64,000 bases of DNA from Chrysomallon squamiferum (taxonomy: Eukaryota; Animalia; Mollusca): contig CM022670.1 in assembly GCA_012295275.1 (NCBI GenBank), positions 9,858,001-9,922,000 of the forward strand, read 5' to 3'. The stretch's first letter is position 1, and every line of letters begins with the position of its first letter. This document shows positions 56,109 through 64,000 of the stretch, piece after piece. A program made the translations under genes and the position numbers. The notes under the pieces were generated by a model. It saw only the letters and a program-made list of their open reading frames with translations, did not search any database and was not told the origin of the DNA.

Positions 56109-59100
56109 GATTTCATTTGTAAAATTATTTTTATTTAATAACGTTTTTTCTGTCAGTGGTCATACAGTCAGTCACAAAACAGTGTGCTGTAGCAATCTTA
56201 ATTAGTAAAGACCTGTGGGTTTCACAAAATCCTTTTTAAAAAGTGCAGTAAATGAATGAATGGAACTATTTCTGATCAGATAGCTATCTTAAATTGATCA
56301 GTTTTATTCTGCTGCCATCTTATCTTATCTTGAGTTATTGATTTTTTCACGTGGTGTTCAAGTTTGTTTAGATCATAGAATTTTGCGATATTTACTTCCT
56401 AGATAATTTTAGTGGAACTCATTGTTGGTTGGTATCAAAGAGAAAGTGATAATTAAAGATAACAGGAAATTGTATTGTTCTTATGGTTTTTAAAATACTT
56501 GACTCCATTACAAAGATTAATAAGTTGTCTGTTTATCATGAATCATTTAATTGCCTGTGCCCTTGAGTTTGAAAGACACTTCGAAACATACTGTATTTCT
56601 TTGAGACAGTCTCTGTAAATGCATATTTAATGTAATCAGAAATATAGACACTCTGGAACAAAGCTTGAAAACAGACAACTTTCCCCTGAGTGTAAAGATT
56701 GATTGCAAAACATCCGACAGACTAACAGCAATTACAGGCGAGTTTTTTATGACTGTAAAGATTGATTGAGGAAGGCCCAAAAGGCATCAGTTCATTGAGA
56801 AGTATTAACGAGTCCTTCAGTCTAATGTCCGTGCATTGACGATGGCTTCAGACTGAGCATCAATCAATCTGTGCTCACTCAAATGCTGGTCAAAGTTAAT
56901 TTGTTTGGCTTTTGCATCAGCAATCACGTGCTCGTTCTTGCCTTGTCTTAACTGGTTTCAAGTTCCCAAATAAACCATTATGTCCATCATCCTCTTCAAC
57001 AAACTGTGTGTTACTGATTTCAGTTTCTGTTTTATTTAATTCAATGGTTTGAAGTTCCCAAATAACAGATCAGTAAAAAAAATCTATAAATATGTCCATT
57101 ATCCTTTTGAACAAACTGTTACCAATTTCATTTTTTATCTTTTATTTTTTTTTGATTCATAAACATCCTTTTCAGACTCAGACAGATATTAAAAAAAATG
57201 AAGAAAATAATGAGAAACCAAACCTAGAACAGAAACAATTATTTGTTTTAGTAGTTCTGTGTTATGTATGTAATGACATTTAATACCTTGATTCCTTTGT
57301 TTCCTCATGTAGTTATTTTATAAAATTATTATTATCATTATTATTTTTATGCATCCATTACAAAAATAACTTACAAAAATGATTTACTAAAGTTGTTTTG
57401 AATTTATATTGAATGATGGCTGTGTTTAACAGTGGTTAAACATAGAAAAAGAAAATTCCAATGAATGTTTCGAAATATTTTTGCATATGAAATTTTGTTA
57501 TTTTCTCATACTTCAATAAAAATTAATAATAATTTAGAAGACATTTTTTATAAAAATTATCCAAATGAATGAAAAAAAAAAAAAGGAAGAAAAGAATACA
57601 AAAAATAAAAGCAAAATAAAAAAAATTCATAGGTTTTATGTGATATTTTAAGAAGTGAAAGGCTTCAGCTGATGTAACATCTAAACAGAGATTTAAGAGT
57701 ATTTTCATTTCGATAAAAGCAGCGTGTGATACTCATTGGACATGGGTTTTGTTTCCTGTGAAGTCAACTTTCTTTCCTGTCAGCCATGTCACTGACTTGA
57801 AGCCTTAAAAGCAGTGACAGCTTTATCGATTGGGCCCCATATATTTTCTCACAAGTGTGCATTCTGTCTATTGTGCCCAGTTAATTGTTTGATTAATGGG
57901 AAACCTGACAATAGTTGTGCAGTTCCATGCTGTAATGGAGATTTTTTTTCAGCTTCTGCAAATGTCTTGTTTTTTTTATTATTATATTATATTTTATTTT
58001 ATTTTTTTTTTTTTTATTTGATTTTATTTGATTTATTATTATTTTTATTTTTTTTTTTTTTATTATTTTTTTTTTTTTGATTGAGTAATTTCATATGGTA
58101 ACAAAAAACATTAAAGGTTATTTCATCAATATAGACAAAAATACTGTATGTTACTTTATTAATTTGTCCAAAATTTCTTGTACCTAGTGTTCATTCCTGA
58201 AATTTGTGAACATACCAAAAAAATTATAATTTTGTGTAGAGGCTGTAATTATTTACATTGATGTAAAACTAATTAAATTTGAATAATAACAGTCAACTTT
58301 AAAAAAAAAAAAAAACACTGCATCAATAAAAATACCAGAAAAAGCATAATCTGAAATGCAAATATTAATAAATTAATAATAATAGAATAAAAAATAAAAA
58401 TAAAATAGCTGTATCTTGGTATGCATTTATTATATTTAAAAAGGAAAACCTGAGTAAAATGGATATGTAAAAGAAAGAAAAAACAATTGCAGCTGTTGAA
58501 GTAATTTTTAACTGAATTCTGTGTTTAATGTTTCAAACATACCTGTAGTTTTCTATATATATTATTGGTGTGCAGTTGACAGCAAATAAAAGTATTTCAA
58601 CACACATGAGTGCACACACAGCTGCAGACAATTTCTCATATAAATACATACATATTCAAAATTCAGAATAATCTATATCTTAAGTTAGGCCTCAAATGCT
58701 TCATTTTTGAATAATTTTTATGTTATTTTAAAGACAATTGTAATAAAGTTGTTCTGACAAGCTCACAATGCACTAATTACAATTATTGGGAGTGACTGGT
58801 CATGTTAGACACTAGCAAAGTGACGTTGCCTCTAGGGCTTTCAAAAAAAACGTTATCTAAGAAATGGGGTGGTCATGCAATGGTTTCATTATAATCTTTT
58901 TATTTTTTAAAAGGAAAAAAAAAGAAAGAAAAGCTTTTCTCAAGTTTTTATTATTTTACTGGTTTACATGTTCATGTTGGCAGAATTAATTGGAAAGGAA
59001 TGAGACCTTTATACTAATTATTCTCAGTAACAAATAGAACAGAAACCCCAGGCTCCTTTGAAAGGACATCTAGGTGAAGCCTTTCCTACAACCTAACAGC

Positions 59101-62100
59101 ACAAGCATAACTGATCAATTTTTTTGACTGGAAGAGGGTAATTAATTTAATTGAGACAAACTATTAGTCAAATATCTAAAACAGTCTCTATGTTTTAAGT
59201 TTGATTTTAGCTAATACATCAATTCTCTTTTGACTAAACTGCTTTTCTAGATCCAGGTCAAACTAAGTTGCTGCATTCAAGTAAAATATATATTTTATTA
59301 ATCTAGTAATTATAGAACCATATACTATTTAAGTGCATTCTTCCTCATTGTAATTGCTTTTATATATAATTTTATAAACAGTTGTTTTGGTTCAAATGTT
59401 TAAATAATAATGTTTCTTATAGAATCTTCTGTTTAAACTTTAAATGCTGTGGATTATAATCCATGAAGGAACATTCTGTTTTATCTTTTACTAAGTTCTC
59501 TACTCTGAATATTGTCTGTAGATTATGTTAGATGAAATTAATCACTGGTAATTGATTATCACCTATTAATGTTCTTGTTAAAATTTGTGAATCACTGATA
59601 TCCTTGGGGTTAATTGTGCACTGTTGATATTTATCTTATTAATTCCAGATGACAGATTTTCTTATGGTTAATGGTGAAAGGCTGATGTTCTTCTTAATTG
59701 ATCTTCAGATATTTTCATAGTCAATTCTAAATCGCTGATTATTAACTACTGATGTTTTGTTAATTCTAATCCAAATGGTGTTCTATAGATTCTAAACCAC
59801 TGATGTTCTTTATCATTTCTGAACTGCTGATCTATTCACTGTCAATTCTAAACAATGATGTTCTTGTGAATAAATGTTAAGCAATTGGTAATGTTCAACC
59901 AAGTGTTGTTCCTTTAAATTGTAAACCATTCAAGTTCTTTATCATTTCTTAACTAAGTGATAATATCACTTGTCAGTTCTAAAAAGAGATGTTCCTGTGA
60001 ATAACTGAGATTTTCTTAATCCTTGACTAATTCATTTTCTCATGATCAGTGATTTTCTTGTTACCTACAGATGTTTTGTTAATTCTAAAGCAAGTGATTG
60101 TCTTGTAAATTATAAACCACTGATGTTCTCATTGTCAACAGTGATGTTGTTATGAATAATAATTAACTATTGTTGTTTTGTTAATTCTAAACTGAATGAT
60201 CTTCTCATTGTCAGTTTTAGAGAGTTATGTTATTTTCAATAATTATTAATTGCTGATGTTTCATTAATTTTTAACCAAGTGATTGTCTTGTAAATTATAA
60301 ACCCCTGATCTTCTCATTGTCAACAGTGATGTTCTTACAAATATTTATTAACTATTGTTTTGTTAATTCTAATACAAGTAATCTTTTCATTAACAATTCT
60401 AAACTCTTTGAATGATTGCTGACCACTTTATTTTGTTCATTCTTAACCAAGTTAAGTTCTGTAAATTGTAAACCATTGACATCCTTTATCACTTCTTAAC
60501 CAGGTGATGTTTTCACTGGCAGTTGTATGCAGTGATGTTCTTGTGAATAATTAACAACTGCTCTTCATTTGTAACCAAGTAATGTTCTCATTGGCAGTTA
60601 GTTCTAAATAGAGATGTTCTTGTGAATAATCATTAACTGCTGAGATTTTGGCAATTCTAAAGCAAGTGGTGTTCCTGTAAATTATCAAACACTGATATTC
60701 TTTATCATTTCCAAGCCACTGATGCTCTTCATTTTGTCTGTTCTAAAAACAGTGATGTTACTGTCAGATCTGGACCTGTCTTGTCTAACTGACTTAACCT
60801 CAGTGAGAAATTGATTAGGTTTTTGCATGTAACACGGAATTAAACTCGCAAAGGATCAACACAGACAGGTATTTTGTGCTGTGAATATTTCCTCAATTAC
60901 ATTCTTGTCAATAAATCATTCAGTGGTTAATAGAATGAAATGGCTGCACATTTAACTCTCTAGCCTACATTTCTGCCAGGTTCTTTTTTTGGTGTTTTTT
61001 TTTTTTTTTTTGGCTGTTCATTTGTCTTTCTTATTTTTTTCGAAAAAAAAATTAAATAAAAAGTCTTTTGAATTGTCAAAGAATTTTTTTTTTTTTTTTT
61101 TTTTTTTACATTTGTTTGTTTGGTTGTTTCATTCAAAACTAAATTTTGAAAGAATTGCTGTTTGAAACCATTAACATTAAAATGTGTTGAGGTCTCTGAT
61201 TTGTCATTTATTCAACTCTGTCAGTGAAGAACATAAAATATTGTCTCTTAGTGTTCTAGAAATTGTAAAACAAATTAGATCTTTTCCACTTGTATGTTAA
61301 TTGTCCGAATAATTGTTTTAATGACATCCCACTACATTTTTCTACTGAACGAGTCATAAATTGTCTGTTTTGTGGATCTAAACTGACAGCTCCAAAAAAG
61401 ATGCTTTACTATGGGTTACTCTTATCTGTCAGCAAGCGATCTTTAATATTCAATTTTCCTTTCACAGAATCACACTTACCATACCTTTTAATACGTCTGA
61501 CAGTGGGAGAGAAAGCAATCCACTGGGAACATTTTTAATACTGGAAACCAGAAATCTAGAGTGATATATATCTAAATATATATATATATATTTTTTTTTT
61601 CTACCAGTAACATTACTGGGTTTTTTCACTTAAAAGGCTTGATGGTTATGTAATTCATTCATTTCTTTAAAAAAAAAAAATAAAAAAAAAAAAAAAAAAA
61701 AAAATCAGTTTTGTCTGCTTCAGTGAATGGAATATTGGAATTGTACTAGCAAGTGAGAAAGTGCAAAGCTGAAGAGCATGCTAATCTATAACTAACACAC
61801 ATCCTATTATATCATTTCATTTCAGTAGAGCTTGTTAACCATCTGATGAACAAACAGTGCAGTGTTTAGACATTCTATAGTCTACAAGTCAAATATATTA
61901 CACTGCTTGTAAGCAATATTTCATTCATGTCCTTTGAACAAACCGATAATTGTGTTTCAGCTTCGATATACAAGGATGGTTTGAGGTAGAGTTTCCACTG
62001 GTGCCGTGGATTTCATAAATAGGTTGGACTGTACTAAGATATTGTCTATTGATTTTCCAGGTTTTCTTGACATGATGCTTTGTTGCAGTAAATTCTACTC

Positions 62101-63352
62101 TGCTTGTAGACTGCGTGTGTAAAAGTTTGTATATCGTGAATTCACTGGCATTTTTAATATTTAAACCAGGTGAAAGAAATGGAATATCAAATGAGAAGCT
62201 TCTGTAAAATCACATATCATTTTCCCTGAATGAGTCGGTTAAAAAGCTGGAAGATTTGTGTCAATAGGATCAGTCTTTGTTGCCCGTGGCTGTTATTTTC
62301 ATCATTGGAATTCATGAAGATCCCACAAAACCGAATAAGTGTGTTATTAAATTTATGAAAATCCTTCAGAAATTGTTGTTGATCAGGAAAGCTGAAACGT
62401 TTTTTTTCTGACTTGGAATTTTTTGAAAAACATTTCTCAAAGACAGTGTTTTCATTTTTGTTTTTGTTTTTCTGTTCAAGAATTTTTATTATTATTATTA
62501 TTATTATTATTTTAACATATTATCATTAATATCCATGCAGTGAAGTTTTTATTTTCTGAAGTTGTATTTGTTGAAGTTACATGCAGTGAACAATGTTGGA
62601 TATAGCAGCTGTGTTTTGTTGTCGCCGCAGGATCCGCAGGGCGGGGCTTAAAGGTTTGCAGGGTGTGGTGAGAAAAACTGGTCAGTGATGATCTTCAGGT
62701 CAACATCTGGGACCCTGTCCACATGGACAAAATTGTACCCTCTTTACTGTTCAACATGCACGATTCTACAAGGTAATTTCTTTTTGGTCTTTTTAAAATA
62801 GTCTAAGCCATTAACTCTTAAACTTCAAGAAGAAAAAAAAAATTATGTTTTGATAGTGTTACAGATTACAATAGACGTTTGTAATTTATACATAACTGCC
62901 AATTCCACATTTAAAAAAAAAATTGTTACCAAATAAAGTAAAATAACAAAACAATTTTGTTTTTCCGTTTTTCCAGTTAGATCATTGATCAGTTTTTGCA
63001 TTTGTAATCTTAACATTTTGTAAAACTGTATAGTTCAGTTGCACACAAAGACACACACATTTATTTATTTATTTACTTAATTTTAAATATTTAGTTTTTG
63101 TTTTTAAATTATATAATATACAGTAAAATAATAATAATAATAACGACGATGACAATAACAAATTTATAGTAATAAGATTTTGTTAATGTTTCATACTTTT
63201 ATTTTTGTTTCTATAAACAGAGAGTCTACAACTGAAGTTGAAAGTCCTAGAGATGAGGAACATCCTTCCTATGTTGCTGAAAATGGGCTGCGTGACTTAA
63301 TGTGTCGAGCTTCTTACGGGAACATCAAATCATCGATCACACCTGTTTTAGT
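52411..63352 (+). CDS. EFR3: EFR3 homolog (PI4KIIIalpha plasma-membrane anchor; cmp44E/stmA family), 5' part, continues past window
   Basis: Exons 52411-52417, 53157-53233, 53589-53716, 54343-54493, 55047-55168, 62631-62772, 63221-63352. MAVCCGCCSALKPRYKRLVDNIFP (Cys cluster), FVKFANIEEDTPSYHRRYDFF, HMDKIVPSLLFNM. Exon 6 has a 1-nt excess. Confidence 0.94.
56057..56108. repeat. (TAT)n microsatellite in EFR3 intron 5
   Basis: Direct reading. Confidence 0.9.
59540..60760. repeat. Old degenerate tandem array (~25-30 bp subunits) in EFR3 intron 5
   Basis: Recurring ctgatgttct / ttaattctaaa / ccaagtgat / ttgtgaataa motifs over ~1.2 kb. Confidence 0.75.
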
Positions 63353-63834
63353 GTGAGTATTTACATAATATCAGTTTAGTGTGAGTATATAATAACACCT
63401 TTATTGTGAGTATTTATAAAATATCTAGGCTTAATGTGTTTTGTAATATAAGGTTTAGTGTGAGTATTTATTTAATATCATATTTAGAGAGTATTTATAT
63501 AATATCAGGTTTAGTGTGAGTATGAAATATCAGGTTTAGTGTGAGGATATAATATCAGGTTTAGTGTGAGTATTTATATAATATCAGGTTTAGTGTGAGT
63601 ATTTATGAAATATCAGGTTTAGTGTGAGTATTTATATAATATCAGGTTTAGCGTGAGTATTTATGTAATATTAGGTTTAGTGTGAGTGTTTACATCTGTT
63701 GTAGTATAAAGAAAATATCTGATTTAGAGTGACTGTTTATAATAATATCAGGTTTAATGTGAGTATAGACATCATTATATTTACTATGAAGTTTAGTGTG
63801 GGTATTTATATGATACTAGGTTTCATGTGAGTAT
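63347..63834 (+). repeat. ~29-bp minisatellite (tttagtgtgagtatttatataatatcagg), ~17 units, starting at the EFR3 exon 7 donor
   Basis: Direct reading. Confidence 0.92.
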
Positions 63835-64000
63835 ACACATAACACAGATTTTAGAAACAGTATGTACTAATTTAAAATTTCATTTCATTTACATAAAATA
63901 ATAATAATATTAATAATAAAATGAATATCTACATTTTATTTTATTTTATTTTATTTTATTTTGTTTTGTTTTATTTTATTTTGTTAAGCCTTACTTAACA

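Noticed and set aside
55169-62630. Searched for a duplicate intact EFR3 exon 6 (mutually exclusive exon) in the 7.5-kb intron
   Set aside because: No second GLQGVVRKT-like coding segment seen

Overview
AT-rich eukaryotic (metazoan, probably lophotrochozoan/molluscan) genomic DNA with four intron-containing genes, reconstructed by hand from splice sites and exon phases. (1) The 5' part of an AKAP7-like 2H-phosphoesterase gene (- strand, runs off the left edge). It has a ~3.1-kb exon encoding ~1050 aa of low-complexity sequence with ~40 copies of an 8-aa repeat, and that exon carries three frame disruptions. (2) A complete Rho-associated kinase gene (ROCK, - strand, 34 coding exons, 1359 aa) with a probable ~6-kb 3'UTR. 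(3) RPA2 (+ strand, 8 exons, 264 aa), head-to-head with ROCK. (4) The 5' part of EFR3 (+ strand, 7 exons seen), with a 1-nt insertion in exon 6. Most short ORFs in the supplied track are intronic noise. No prokaryote-type system, CRISPR array, tRNA or rRNA was found. The most notable items are the giant repeat exon fused to the AKAP7 domain, a minisatellite built from the EFR3 exon-7 splice donor, a recursive-splice-like ROCK exon carrying the catalytic lysine, a GC-AG intron and a shared AAGGGNNNYAACT motif.
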